From Adineta vaga (taxonomy: Eukaryota; Animalia; Rotifera): 64,000 nt of DNA. Positions 13,050 to 28,374 of the stretch are shown here, in pieces; positions within the stretch are counted from its first letter, which is position 1; each line of letters starts with the position of its first letter. Below the pieces are notes generated by a model. It was not told where the DNA came from, ran no database searches, and was given only the letters and a program-made list of their open reading frames with translations. Position numbers and translations under genes: made by a program. Location: the NCBI GenBank assembly GCA_021613535.1, contig CP075497.1, positions 7,006,001-7,070,000 on the forward strand. The letters are read 5' to 3'.

Positions 13050-16000
13050 ATGATGAAACACGGGGAAGATCCCCGTCGACATGGTAGTTGGATTAAAATT
13101 CTCAGTGATTTTCAAGCATTGTTGAAAAAAACATTCCTATTAACAATACGAAAACCTGGTCAAACAGTTGCCGAGATTTTGTTAGCTTATACATTCCTGG
13201 GCTTTCTTCTTGGTATGCGTTATATTCTTGATCGACGGTATTTTGGTCCTTATCGAGTATCACGCTTTCGTCCGTATGACAATTTTTCACCACGTTCTAC
13301 AGATAGATATATCTTGTACTACCCGGGTATGATAATTCTACAATTTTAGTTTTCATTAAAAATGTTTCTTATAGACAATCCATGTACAACAAACATTGCT
13401 GCTAGTCTGTTCGATAATATCACAGCTCTGGTGCCCGGTTTTACCAGTAACAGTAATTTGCAGACATTAATTTCTTTTTAATTTATTTGATTGAATCATT
13501 GTTTGCGCTTATAGTTCGAGCTGTATCAGATCCAAGTCTATCAACAATATCGAATGCAACTTTACAATCACTAATTGCTTTCATTCAATTTACTAATCTT
13601 GATTCATGTACTGGCCCATCAACAACGCCAGACGAAGTGAAATATACACTTCGTATGTTAGAGTACGTATATAAATTTCTTCGCTTAGCTTGTATTAACA
13701 CTTTCTTTTAGGAGCAGTCCATATTATTTCTCTCCACAGAGTATTAAAATTTCTGAAAATGATTACTTGTGGAAAAGATCACCCGAAGACTTTTGTCAAG
13801 GTAACTTATTGACAAGGAAAATATAATATTATAAACATGCATATATAATTTAAGCTACGGGCAATACGGTAAATTATTTCTATCGCTTTCTTGGTATACA
13901 ATATATTATTGACATGGCCATTATCAAATATGTTACTAATACTACAGAAAACTTCACGTCTAGTGTAAGTACCTATACAATTTATCTTAAATTAAGCGAT
14001 TTATCCACTATTTTCATTTACAATAGATTTATCTCAATCATTTTGGTTGTCCAGGTTATTATCTCGATCAACTACATTCATTCTATGGATTTTTCATTCC
14101 TATATTTTTCTCCATCATCTTTGTTGTCACATTCATCATGAATGTTGGTTATGTTGTCGAAGAACGGCAAAACAAAACTAAAGTAAATCTTTATTTCTTC
14201 TTAAACTATATAGATATAAATGCTATGTTGAATATTAAGGAATATCTTCGCATCTATGGTCTTCGTACATGGATCAACAATTTGGTTTGGGTCACTCGTG
14301 CAATGGCCATCTATCTCATTCTGATTAGTGTAGTCACAGCATTAAGTCTCGTCGTTTTACCTAGTGCAACTGCACGACCTGGCCGTGTTAGTAAAGCTCT
14401 ATTCAACTATACGCATTGGACAGTTATATGGACAATTCTATTTGTTTATTCAATACAAACATCTGCTTTCAGTGTTCTCTTCGGGCAGTTCTTCAAAAGT
14501 CGTAAGCATATGAACTCACATTTTGATATTTAATTCAATTAAATTCTGCCATCGTTCTAGCTTTATTAGCAAAACTAATCGGTTTTGTTGTATGGGTCAT
14601 CACATTCATTGATTTTTATACTGGTTTGTCTGTTGACACTCGGTATTTCTTATGTATTTTTCCAAATACAAGTCTCATGTTTTGTTTACAAGTTGTTCTA
14701 CAATACGAAAGAAAAGGAGGTATCATCATTCACTATCATTTCACCACATCATTCATATTACAAGATATTTTATATCTAGGTGAAATCACAACATTCAATC
14801 AATTCTATTCAAATCTCTTTCCATATCCATTGTACATCGGTGTTTGTCTTCTTCTCATGTTGATCTATTCTGTCATCTATCTTTTGCTGGCAATCTATGT
14901 CGAAAGAGTCAATCCAGGTGAATTCGGTGTGTCACAGTCATGGAACTATCTCTTCAAAAGATCCTACTGGAATCCACATGCAACATCTACAGTTCAACCG
15001 TTGGCTAACAATGAGCATCATCATGCAAATGGTGGTGTCATGAGTGGAAAGGATTGTTGGTTTGAAATGAATCAAAAGATGAACATGAAAAGTCCATCAC
15101 TAACAGTTTCACATCTCACCAAAGTAAATCAAATGAAAAGTGAGAGAAGAGAAGAGAACAGAAGAGAAGAATTGTCTTATTATAGAAATATGGCAAGTTT
15201 TGTGCAGTGTCAGATCTGTCGTTGGAGTTCTATAGTGGTGAAGTGTGTTCATTGTTGGGTCATAATGGTGCAGGAAAAACAACGACTACATTTATTCTTG
15301 TTGGTGAGTGGTAGTGAGTTGCGAAGAATGTGTAATATGTTTGTTTGTAGGAATGTTGGAAGCAACATCAGGTGATGTGATGGTGGAAGGACTAGACACT
15401 CGTCAACATATTCAAGATGTGCGGAAGATTCTCGGATTTTGTCCACAGTATGGTAAGAGTGTTATGCTAGTGTGAAGAAAAAAGGTGTTGTGACGTTCAT
15501 ATGGTTTTTTGTGTAGATATACTTTACAATGAACTGTCAGTAAAAGAACATCTGGAATTGGTTGGAAAAGTAAGTGTAAAAAACACGCGAATAAGAATCG
15601 AATTTCCATTCGAGTAATGAAGTTTGAAGAGTAATTATACTTGTCAGTTTTCTATATAATTTTGATTAAAAGGAGAAGTGTATCGAACAATTTTAATTGA
15701 AGATTTACTGATTCGGACAAAATTTAATTAGAGATTAAATCTACAACATCATGATATAGCTCAGATGATTTTAATTAATGTGCAGTCGTGTTGTATCCTT
15801 TTCAGCCAATGATTGATTATCATCTTCTCAAAGTTTTTTTAGAAGTTTTAAAAGCAGTATTCATATCTTCTTCTTCCCTAGATGCGTCATATGAAACCAA
15901 AGCTAATGGCAGAATCTATTGACACCATCTTACACCTTATCGGCTTAGACAACGATAAAGATACATTCTCAAAAAATCTATCAGGTGGCATGAAACGACG

Positions 16001-19000
16001 ACTCTCCATTGGTATTTCACTCATGGGAGATCCAAAAGTATTCTTCCCCATCTCTCTCTCTCTCTCTCTCTCTTCTTGTCCGTCTCATTCTTATTTTGCA
16101 GGTACTCATTCTCGATGAACCAACAAGTGGCATCGGTAGGCTCTCTTTTTCCTCTCCCATTGTTCACTTCTCTCACTTCGATCTCTTCTAGATCCATACA
16201 ATCGTCGATTGATCTGGACGATGATTCGAAAAATGAAAGAAGCAGGCAAATGCATCATTCTCACCACTCATTTCCTCGAAGAAGCTGACGTTCTCTCTGA
16301 TCGTATTGCAATCATGACAAGTGGTCGTTTGCAAGCCAGTGGCACACCTGATTTTCTCAAGTGTCAAACAGGTGATTGTCTCGATTTTATAGTCATGCTC
16401 ATTTCGAATGTCATGTACGATTTGAATGTAGAATTTGAATATCGATTGTTCATTGACAAACAAGAAACATGTTCAAATGAACGTGTAGTTGGATTCATTC
16501 AGCGATTTATTCCCGAAATTGTGGTGGAAAGAGAATCATCATCTGAGATGGTGTTTGGCATTCGACGAAGTGAATCGAAACAGATTGGCCAGTTGATTCA
16601 TGCACTAGATGAAGAAAGATTAAATATTGGTGTAGAAAGTTATGGATTATCGATGACAACAATTGAAGAAGTCTTCTTAAAGTAAGATTTTTCACTAGAT
16701 AGTTTCAAACAATCAATAGTATGTTGTTTTTGTTAACTTAGATTAATTCGTGAAGCCGAAGAGCAAGAAAATGGGAAACAAGATCATATGGGTACAAAAA
16801 CAGAATTAGCGGATAGAGGTAACAATGGTTTTCGTTTCTGAATCATTTCACTATCTTTGTATACAGTTTTTCGTACGGAACATCGACGTCACATAGGTAT
16901 TTATCGATTTTGGCTTCGTATTGCGGCATTATTGATCAAACGATGGCAGGTTTTACGACGACAATATGTTTTCATACTTGGATTCTTTGTTTTTCCGATT
17001 GTCATCGAAATTCTAATCGTTAGTATTTTTCCATCACCAAAAGATATTCAAGCATCACTTATGCAGAATAGTTATGTCAAAGATGCACAAATAGCTCTTT
17101 TACCATCAATCTATAATCCACAAACAATTGTCACGTATGCAAACAATAATGGAAACAATGCTCAAACTCGTCTCATCAACTATCTACAGACTGCAGGTGC
17201 AACGATCGATCAAATCTCTTCAGATACAGTATTGAACTATGTACGTGATCGGTATCTGTTGACTGAAGATGCATTCATCAACACATATCAACTAGGTTTT
17301 GCTCTCTATAACAATCTCACATCAGCGACAGCGTCATTAACAATGAATAGTTACTTTTCAACAGTGAACTATCATACCATGCCTGTGAGTTTGAGTGTGG
17401 CTTCGACAAGTCTTTTTCAATTCTACACAAATTCATCAGCAAAAAAGATCATTACCACAAATCAACCAATATTAACCGCTTCAACAACAACTACATCTTT
17501 GGAGCGATTCCTCGAACTTATTCACTGTTTCGATACGTTGCCATTATCGTTGTTTAATTTCATGAATAGCATTGCTGCAGCAGTTTTCATTAGTATTCTG
17601 CTTGTTCCATTGATTCAAGAACGAATTAATCGCTCGAAAGACTTGCAACTGTTGACAAATTTGACGAAGAGAAGTTATTGGTTTTCGAATACGATCTTCG
17701 ATGTGTCCTTGTGTTTTATTCTTTGTTCAATCTTAACAATCATTGTGAAAGTAAAGTTGATTGTCGTGGATTTAAGAAGACTTTCTAACATGAACTATAT
17801 TCTTCTTTTAGATCGGTGCAGCAAGTAACCCTGATCCAGAATCAGAAGTACATATTTATCTAAAATCGCAACAAGGAATCAACTTCTTTGCTATGTCTAT
17901 AATGTATTCGTTGGCCTCATTGCCAATGATCTATGTTTATTCATTTAGTCCGAAATCAGAATTGATCGGTTTTATTAATTTTTTTGTCATCAATGTAGTT
18001 GCCTGTCTTCTCGATATGGTTCTTACTTTTATGGCTTTATTTTCTCAAAGTCAATCTGGAAGTTCTACTCGTATTACAAGATTATCATCTATCATGGCTA
18101 ATATGCGATGGCTTATAACGGCTCTATTTCCTACTGTAAATCTTAAACGTGCATTATTTAACATCCGTTTGAAATCAAGTCAAGAATGTGTTTCGGCCGT
18201 CAATTCAATTATGTTGACAAATTATTCTTATAATGAGGCGTGGTTGTCACTTCGAGAACCCGGTCTTGGTATTCTATTCGTTATATTTTCCATTCAGATG
18301 GTTTTTTGGTGGAGTATTTTGACTCTCATCGAAAAACGTATCAATTTAAAACTCGGATGTCGCCGATGTTGTGGCTGTGACAATGACTTAGAACGTGTTG
18401 AAGGTGAAAACGAAGAAAATATGGAAGGTAGAGCAGGAACAACGATACCGAATTATTGGAATGATACAGTATGTCTCAGAAATCTGTCTTCGATCAAATT
18501 AATTCTCTTTCTTATTTATCTTCTAGCATCTGGACGATGATGTACGAAACGAACGACAAGCCGTATTACAAGAATCATCTTCTTCTTACTCTCCTTCTGC
18601 ATCATCTTCTGTCGTTCTTGTTCGAGATCTTCTTCAGCGATTCAAAAAACGAAACAACATCTACACAGCTGTCGATCATCTCAACTTTCGAGTTACAAAA
18701 CGATCTTGTTTCGGATTGTTAGGTATGCCTCACATTTTCACTCTTTCCTACCATTCTATCGCTATCATGTTCAGGAGCAAATGGTGCAGGTAAAACAACA
18801 ACATTTCGAATGTTGATCAATGATCTCAAACCAACATCTGGCGATATCATCATCAATGGCAAAAATATCAATAAAATTGTTCGACTAATTCGTTCTTGTT
18901 TTCAGAGAAATATGATCTTGTTGTGTATGTTTAGGAACGAGATCTGGAGATTGGCTTCTGTCCACAATTCGATTGGCTTGTCAACAATCTCACTGTCACT

Positions 19001-20108
19001 GAAACACTCACACTGTTTGCAAGGTAGATGTGTTTGAGCATATCCATGTCCGTTTTTCTTATTCGAATCGAAATAGGCTAAAAGGATTACAATGGTCAGA
19101 GATTTCACAGATTTGCAGTGACATGATTGATCTGTTTGGACTTGAGAAATATCGTGAGAGAAGAGTTCAAAAGCTCAGGTAAGTCTCGATTGTGTTTTTT
19201 TGGGAAGGAAAGATTCATTCGATACTTGTTCTCTCCGATGACATCTAGTGGTGGAAACAAACGAAAAGTGAGTGCAGCACTCGCATTCATGGCTAATCCT
19301 GCTCTTGTCTTTCTCGATGAACCAACGACAGTAACTATCTTCATACTTTCTCTCTCACATGCAAAGTAAAACATGTTGTCATAACTGTTTTGTGATGCAG
19401 GGTTTGGATGCTGCTGCCAAACGAAAACTTTGGAATGTGATTCGAGCAGCTCGTGATATTGGTTTGACAATCATTCTGACTAGTCACAGGTATGACGCAA
19501 ATAGAAATGATGATGATGATGATGATGATAGTTACTTTCGATATGTATGCGTATGTGTATAATTGTAGCATGGAAGAATGTGAAGCATTGTGTACAAGTA
19601 AGTGAGAAAAGAGAGATAGGTCATGATCACAAGTTGTTGTATTGTCAGAGATTGGTATAATGAAGTTGGGTCAGTTCATGTGTCTTGGTAATTTGCAACG
19701 ATTGAAGAATCGTTTTGGAAATGGTTATGCAGTACAAGTGAAGTTAGCGTTACAAGATATTAGTCGATTCAAAGAAGAGTTGATGTTAACATTACCAGGT
19801 GTCGAGATTGATGGTAAGAGATAGTGAAATATGAGTATTGTTTTGAATCTATATCAATTGTGTTTTTGTTAGAACAACACAATGGAATGTTATTTTGTAC
19901 GGTTCCATTTGCATCAATCAGTCCTACACACAGTTTAGCTAGTACATCTTCGTACAATTTAGCACATGTCTTTGATTTATTCAATAAGAAAAAGGAAGAA
20001 AAATCAATTGAAAGTTATTCCATAACTCAAACAACTTTGGAACAAATATTTATTCATCTTGCTGGAGAAGATCATACCGTCAATACTGATGAGAAGAAAA
20101 AGAAATAG
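13050..20108 (+). CDS. ABC transporter subfamily A full transporter, tandem copy 1 (apparently intact)
   Basis: NBD1: [58 protein letters not shown]2: [46 protein letters not shown]. Two transmembrane regions and many short GT-AG introns. Confidence 0.9.
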
Positions 20109-21383
20109 TTTTTATTTCTTTACTACAGTAAGCTGTATTTTTTTATGTTTTTCGTTTTTTGCCCAATATCGTTTTTATTGTTGTATATGTCTGATGTTTA
20201 ATTAATTTTTTTTGTTACCTATTGTGTTCAGAGTGAATTCATCTAATGAACAACAAATATTTTTCTCTGTGATACGTACGTCATTCAAGAATAATCTATT
20301 TCTTTGTTAGTTAATGAAGTTGTATAGGTATGAAGAACATCTTAATTTTACAGTCAGAAAAAATACGTAATATTTCAATATTTTTGTAAATTTGACAATG
20401 TTATTTCATTATCTGTATAACACACACCCGTGGTGAATTACTGATTAATAAATCTCAATAAAACGTCTTTAAGTGGATATAACTCATTAGATTTTATTTT
20501 TTATGAATTTAGTTTAAATGCCACTTATTTCAAAAAATGCTGTTGAATTGATTAAAAAGGGCATAAACTATTTTTCTCTTCAACGTCATTAAAAGTACTT
20601 TGTAAAAAATCAAAATAATCCTCGTGCATTGTTTTTTGTTCTTGTAAAGTATGAACTTTGATGAAACGAATAAAAGTACGAAAGAAAAAAATTTGTTGAA
20701 ATATTTTCAGTCCGATCAATATGTCATTGTTTTTCTTGGTTGTCAACAAATGAAAATTATAGTGACTTTTTTCTTTTATCAAGCGAATTCATGTATTCGA
20801 TGGCGAGAACAGAAAAAGCAAACAGAAGTAAATTTTAAAATATTGATGAAGTAAGCTCAAAGTTTGAAAACTCAACTGATTATACGATCATTCATATTGT
20901 TTACATTTTGCAGACAATTTTTTATATTAATTTCTATATATCTAAACAGATGACAGAAGATCGTACAAAAATGACTGATGTAAAGAAATATTGCTTATAT
21001 ATTTAAACAAATTATTTGAATATTTTGCCAACTATTTATACAGTCAGCAAAGTTTTACTGTTTCATTCAGCTGACTGAGCCATTGTGATCAAGAAATGAT
21101 TATGCAGTGAAATGTTAATCGAAGAAGAAAGAGATTGAATGACACGAACACTCGTTTGCGTGATTTTTTCGGTCAGACGAAAGGAACGTTTTAAAAAATC
21201 ATGTTGAGTGTTGTTCGAGATGTTTTTGTTGTTTATTCAAACTTTCTCCTGACTACTGAAATTTCAATTTATGTAATAATCAAACGACAAAAACATAAAT
21301 TTACTTAGTTTATTCAAGAAACATATTTTTGTTTGCTATTTCTCTTGGTATAGGTTCAAATCAGAACAAGTACAACTATCGTA

Positions 21384-24300
21384 ATGACAACGAGTGAAGA
21401 TTCTCGTCGACATGGAAGTTGTATCAAATTTCTTAGTGATTTTCGAGCATTATTCATAAAAGCATTCTTCTTGACTATACGAAAACCTAGTCAAACAATT
21501 GCCGAGATTTTATTAGCTTATACATTCCTGGGCTTTCTTCTTGGTATGCGTTATATTCTTGATCGACGATATTTTGGTCCTTATAGAATGTCTCGTTTTC
21601 GTCCACAAGATACATTACTATCAAATGACACTGGAAATACTATATACTATTATCCAGGTTGGTTGATTGACAAATTTTATCAAAACTATAAATCATTCTT
21701 TGTTAAAAAGGAAATATTTGTGCAACAACTATTGTAACTAATGCTGTGAATAATCTCATCGCTGCACGGCCTGCTTTTCCTAGCACTAGTAAGTTACATT
21801 ACATGTTTATTGATTACGAAGCATATCTTAAATATGTCTTCGCTATAGTTCAAGTTATGCCTGATCCAACACTTTCATCAGCTTCCAATGCAACGCTATC
21901 GTCTATATTTGCTTACATTTATTTCACTAATATTAATTCTTGCAGCAGTCCATCGACGATGCCAGATGAAGTGTCATATACTTTACGCATGCAAGAGTAA
22001 TGAACTAATTTTATTTTAGGAATGTCATTACTGAATATTTTTAGAAATGGTCCATTTTATTATCAAGCACAGACAACTAAAATTTCAGAGAACGATTATC
22101 TATGGAAACGAGCTCCAGAAAACTTTTGTCAAGGTAATACAAAAAGAAAAATGAAAACCAGAAATATTTTTAGTTAAAACAATTCATGTTCAAGGAAATT
22201 CCAGTTTTGTAAACTATACGAATCGATTTGTTGGTATACAATATTCTGTGGACATGTCTATTATTCAATATGTAACAAATACCGCTCAGAATTTAGCATC
22301 CAATGTGAGCACTAATAGAGTTCATTTAAATCACTAGAAATTATTTACTTTTTTTAATTTTCAAATAGATTTATCTCAATCATTTTGGTTGTCCAGAAGT
22401 GACTATCGATCAACTGCATTCTATCTATGGCTTTTTTATTCCTATATTTTTTTCCATCATCTTTGTCGTTACTTTCATCATGAATGTTGGTTATGTTGTC
22501 GAAGAACGAGAAAATAAAACTAAGGTAACTCACTATTTCTTTCCAAACTATATGTGAATAGTTTGGAAAGACTATATTGAATATTTAGGAATATCTTCGT
22601 ATTTATGGTCTTCGTACATGGATCAACAATATGGTGTGGGTCACTCGATCCATGATCATCTACTTCGTATTGACAAGTGTAGTTACAGGATTCAGTATGT
22701 TGGTCTTACCACGTTCTAATAACTCACGCAATAGTGTGAGCAAAGCACTATTTAATTGTACACATTGGACAGTCATTTGGACAATTCTATTTGTTTATTC
22801 AATACAAGTTTCTACCTTCAGTGTTCTCTTTGGACAGTTCTTCAAACGTCGTATGTATCTGATAATACATTTCGATAGTGTACTTTATTAATTTCTCTGC
22901 CATCGTTCTAGCTTTATTAGCAAAACTAATTGGTTTTGTTGTATGGGTCATCACATTCATTGATTTCTATCCGGGCGTGTCAGTTGGTTTTCGCTATTTT
23001 CTTTGTATTTTTCCAAATACAAGTCTCATGTTTTGCCTACAAGTTATTTTACAATACGAAAGAAAAGGAGGTATCATCATTCACTATCATTTCACCACAT
23101 CATTCTCATTACAAGATATTTTATATCTAGGTGAAATCACAACATTCAATCAATTCTATTCAAATCTCTTTCCATATCCATTGTACATCGGTGTTTGTCT
23201 TCTTCTCATGTTGATCTATTCTGTCATCTATCTTTTGCTGGCAATCTATGTCGAAAGAGTCAATCCAGGTGAATTCGGTGTGTCACAGTCATGGAACTAT
23301 CTCTTCAAAAGATCCTACTGGACTCCACATGCAACATCTACAGTTCAACCGTTGGCTAACAATGATCATCATCATGCAAATGGTGGTGTCATGAGTGGAA
23401 AGGATTGTTGGTTTGAAATGAATCAAAAGATGAACATGAAAAGTCCATCACTAACAGTTTCACATCTCACCAAAGTAAATCAAATGAAAAGTGAGAGAAG
23501 AGAAGAGAACAGAAGAGAAGAATTGTCTTATTATAGAAATATGGCAAGTTTTGTGCAGTGTCAGATCTGTCGTTGGAGTTCTATAGTGGTGAAGTGTGTT
23601 CATTGTTGGGTCATAATGGTGCAGGAAAAACAACGACTACATTTATTCTTGTTGGTAAGTGGTAGTGAAGTGCGAAGAATGTGTAATATGTTTGTTTGTA
23701 GGAATGTTGGAAGCAACATCAGGTGATGTGATGGTGGAAGGACTAGATACTCGTCAACATATTCAAGATGTGCGGAAGATTCTTGGATTTTGTCCACAGT
23801 ATGGTAAGAGTGTTATGCTGGTGTGAAGAAAAAAGGTGTTGTGATGTTGATATGTTTTTTTGTGTAGATATACTTTACAATGAACTGTCAGTAAAAGAAC
23901 ATCTGGAATTGGTTGGAAAGGTAAGACTTAAGGGATATAAAAAAGCCATACAATAGAATTACCGTACCAACACTTCGTAACGTATAGGAACTTCTATGCA
24001 TGTCGATGCTCAACGAATATTAAACCAAGGATTCGAAAATGCTAATATCAGTACAATAGAATCTCGGACAAGTCATAAAGATTTTTATTCTTCTTTAACC
24101 TAATGCAATTGGTTAATCAGCTATAATAGTGTTTTTTTAATTGATTAGATGCGTCATATGAAACCAAAACTAATGGCAGAATCTATTGACACCATCTTAC
24201 ACCTTATCGGCTTAGACAACGATAAAGATACATTCTCAAAAAATCTATCAGGTGGCATGAAACGACGACTCTCCATTGGTATTTCACTCATGGGAGATCC

Positions 24301-27300
24301 AAAAGTATTCTTCCCCATCTTTCTCTCTCTCTCTCTTCTTGCCCATCTCATTCTTATTTTACAGGTACTCATTCTCGATGAACCAACAAGTGGCATCGGT
24401 AGGCTCTCTTTTTCCTCTCCCATTGTTAACTTCTCTCACTTCGATCTCTTCTAGATCCATACAATCGTCGATTGATCTGGACCATGATTCGGAAAATGAA
24501 AGAAGCAGGCAAATGCATCATTCTCACCACTCATTTCCTCGAAGAAGCTGACGTTCTCTCTGATCGTATTGCAATCATGACAAGTGGTCGTTTGCAAGCA
24601 AGTGGCACACCTGATTTTCTCAAGAGTCAAACAGGTGATTGTCTCGATTTCATAGTCATGCTCATTTCGAATGTCATGTACGATTTGAATGTAGAATTTG
24701 AATATCGATTGTTCATTGACAAACAAGAAACATGTGCAAATGAACGTGTAGTTGGATTCATTCAGCGATTTATTCCAAAAATTGTGGTGGAAAGAGAATC
24801 ATCATCTGAGATGGTGTTTGGCATTCGACGAAGTGAATCGAAACAGATTGGCCAGTTGATTCATGCACTAGATGAAGAGAGATTAAATATCGGTGTTGAA
24901 AGTTATGGATTATCGATGACAACAATTGAAGAAGTCTTCTTAAAGTAAAATTCTTATGTGATAGAGTATACGCATTCATTTTTTAACTGTCATCAGATTG
25001 ATTCGTGAAGCAGAAAAAGAAGAAGAAAATAGTAACCTCTCTATCTTATCAGATAATCACTTAGCTGATAAAGGTATGAGAGCGATGTGTCAATGATTAT
25101 CATCATTAGTTCTCGCTTTAGTTTTTCATACAGAACATCAGCGTTACACAGGTGGAAAGCGATTCTGGCTTCGTATTGCGGCATTATTGATCAAACGATG
25201 GCAGGTTTTACGACGACAATATGTTTTCATACTTGGATTCTTTGTTTTTCCGATTATCATCGAAATTCTTACTGTCAGCGCTCTACCCTCTCCACAAGAC
25301 ATTCAGACGTCACTCTTACAAAACAGTCGTGCGAAAGATGCACGATTGCTCTTTTACCATCGATCTATAATCCACAAACAATTGTCACGTATGCAAACAA
25401 AAATGGAAACAATGCTCAAACTCGTCTTATCAACTATCTACAGACTGCAGGTGCAACGATCGATCAAATCTCTTCAGATACAGTATTGAACTATGTACGT
25501 GATCGATATCTATTGACTGAAGATGCATTCATCAACACATATCAACTAGGTTTTGCTCTCTATAATAATCTCACATCAGCGACAGCGTCATTAACAATGA
25601 ATAGTTACTTTTCAACAGTGAACTATCATACCATGCCTGTGAGTTTAAGTGTGGCTTCGACAAGTCTTTTTCAATTCTACACAAATTCATCAGCAAAAAA
25701 GATCATTACCACAAATCAACCCATTCTAACAACAGCAAAATCGTATACATTTCAAGCAAGATTTTTTGAAATTATTTATTGTTTTGATACGTTACCATTA
25801 TCGTTGTTTAACTTCATCAACAGTATCGCTGCAAGTGTTTTCATCAGTACTTTGATTGTTCCACTAATTCAAGAACGCATAACTCATTCGAAAGACTTGC
25901 AACTGTTGACAAATTTGACGAAGAGAAGTTATTGGTTTTCCAATATAATCTTTGATCTTTGCTTATGTCTTATCCTCTGCACTTTTCTAACAATCATCGT
26001 CAAGGTATGATTGACTGATTATAATTATGTTCAGTAAAATCGTCCTTTATATAACGTTTTTATTTATTTTAGATTGGTGCTGTAGCTAATTCAAATATAC
26101 AATCTGAAGTTCACGGCTATGTTAATTCTGAGCATATATCATACTTTTTCCTAATGATTTTAATGTATTCATTAGCTTCGTTGCCAATGATATATGTTTA
26201 TTCATTCGGTCCAAAATCAGAGTTGATTGGTTTCATAATATTTTTTGTTATCAATGTAGTTGTTTGCTTTTGTGACATGATTTTCGATTTCATATCAGTG
26301 TTCTCTCAAGCTTCAGCAACAGGAGCAACTAGTCTGACAAAATTGTCTGAAGTTATGAATAATTTGGCATGGATTCTTGTTGTCCTTTTCCCATCAGTGA
26401 ATTTTAAGCATTCGTTATTCAACATACGTTTGAAATCAAATCAAGACTGTATTTCAGCTCTAAACTCAATTATGTTTACTGATTATTCTTCGACTGAATC
26501 ATGGATGTCACTTCGAGCTCCCGGTCTTGGAATAATGTTTATTATCTTCTGTGTTCAAATAATATTTTGGTGGAGTATTTTGACTCTCATCGAAAATAAA
26601 ACTAATATAGCACTAGGATGTCGTCGATGTTGTCTTTCTAAAAACAATTTAGCAACAATTCATATAGTCAATCAGTCCAATAATCAGAAAAATAGCAATC
26701 CAACATCCCTGACGGGACCAAACTATTGGAATGATACAGTATGTCTCAGAAATCTGTCTTCGATCAAATTAATTCTCTTTCTTATTTATCTTCTAGCATC
26801 TGGACGATGATGTACGAAACGAACGACAAGCCGTATTACAAGAATCATCTTCTTCTTATTCCCCTTCTTCGTCATCTTCGGTCGTTCTTGTTCGAGATCT
26901 TCTTCAGCGATTCAAAAAACGAAACAACATCTACACAGCTGTCGATCATCTCAACTTTCGAGTCACAAAACGATCTTGTTTCGGACTGTTAGGTATGTCT
27001 CACACTTTCACTCTTTCCTACCATTCTATCGCTATCATATTCAGGAGCAAATGGTGCAGGTAAACAACAACATTTCGAATGTTGATCAATGATCTCAAAC
27101 CAACATCTGGCGATATCATCATCAATGGCAAAAATATCAATAAAATTGTTCGACTAATTCATTCTTGTTTTCAGACAAATATGATCTTGTTGTGTATGTT
27201 TAGGAACGAGATCTGGAGATTGGCTTCTGTCCACAATTCGATTGGCTTGTCAACGATCTCACTGTCACTGAAACACTCACACTGTTTGCAAGGTAAATGT

Positions 27301-28374
27301 GTTTGAACATGTCCATGTTTGTTTTTCTTATTCGAATGGAAATAGGCTAAAAGGATTACAATGGTCAGAGATTCCACAGATTTGCAGTGACATGATTGAT
27401 CTGTTTGGACTTGAGAAATATCGCAAGAGAAGAGTTCAAAAGCTCAGGTAAGTTTCGATTGTGTTTTCTTGTGAACGAAAGATTCATTCGATACTTGTTC
27501 TCTCCGATGACATCTAGTGGTGGAAATAAACGAAAAGTGAGTGCAGCACTCGCATTCATGGCTAATCCTGCTCTTGTCTTTCTCGATGAACCAACGACAG
27601 TAAGTATCTTCATACTTTCTCTCTCACATACAAAGTAAAACATGTTGTCATAACTGTTTTGTGTTGCAGGGTTTGGATGCTGCTGCCAAACGAAAACTAT
27701 GGAATGTGATTCGAGCAGCTCGTGATATTGGTTTGACAATCATTCTGACTAGTCACAGGTATGATGCAAATAGAAATGATGATGATGATGATGATGATTA
27801 CTTTCGATATGTATGTGTATGTGTATAATTGTAGCATGGAAGAATGTGAAGCATTGTGTACAAGTAAGTGAGAAAAGAGAGATAGGTCATAATCACAAGT
27901 TGTTGTATTGCCAGAGATAGGTATAATGAAGTTGGGTCAGTTCATGTGTCTTGGTAATTTGCAACGATTGAAGAATCGTTTCGGAAATGGTTATGCAGTA
28001 CAAGTGAAGTTAGCGTTACAAGATATTAGTCGATTCAAAGAAGAGTTGATGTTAACATTGCCAGGTGTTGAGATTGATGGTAAGAGATAGTGAAATATGA
28101 GTATTGTTTTGAATCTATATCAATTGTGTTTTTGTTAGAACAACACAATGGAATGTTATTTTGTACGATACCATTCTCTACATCGAACAGAACGGAAAAT
28201 GTTACAGAGAAAGTTTTTATGAGTTTATCTGGCATATTCGAATGGTTTAATGAACAAAAAGAGGCTAAACTAATTGAAAGTTATTCCATAACTCAAACAA
28301 CTTTGGAACAAATATTCATTCATCTAGCTTGTGAAGATGAAGAAATACATACTAATAGCACTAAAAAGAAATAG
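21384..28374 (+). pseudogene. ABCA transporter, tandem copy 2, with two apparent 1-nt deletions (about 25343 and 27062-27064); pseudogene or assembly error
   Basis: Same exon structure and motifs as copy 1. Copy 1 GCA CAA ATA GCT CTT corresponds to copy 2 GCA CGA TTG CTC (one base short). Copy 1 GGT AAA ACA ACA corresponds to copy 2 GGT AAA CAA CA in NBD2 Walker A. Confidence 0.75.
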
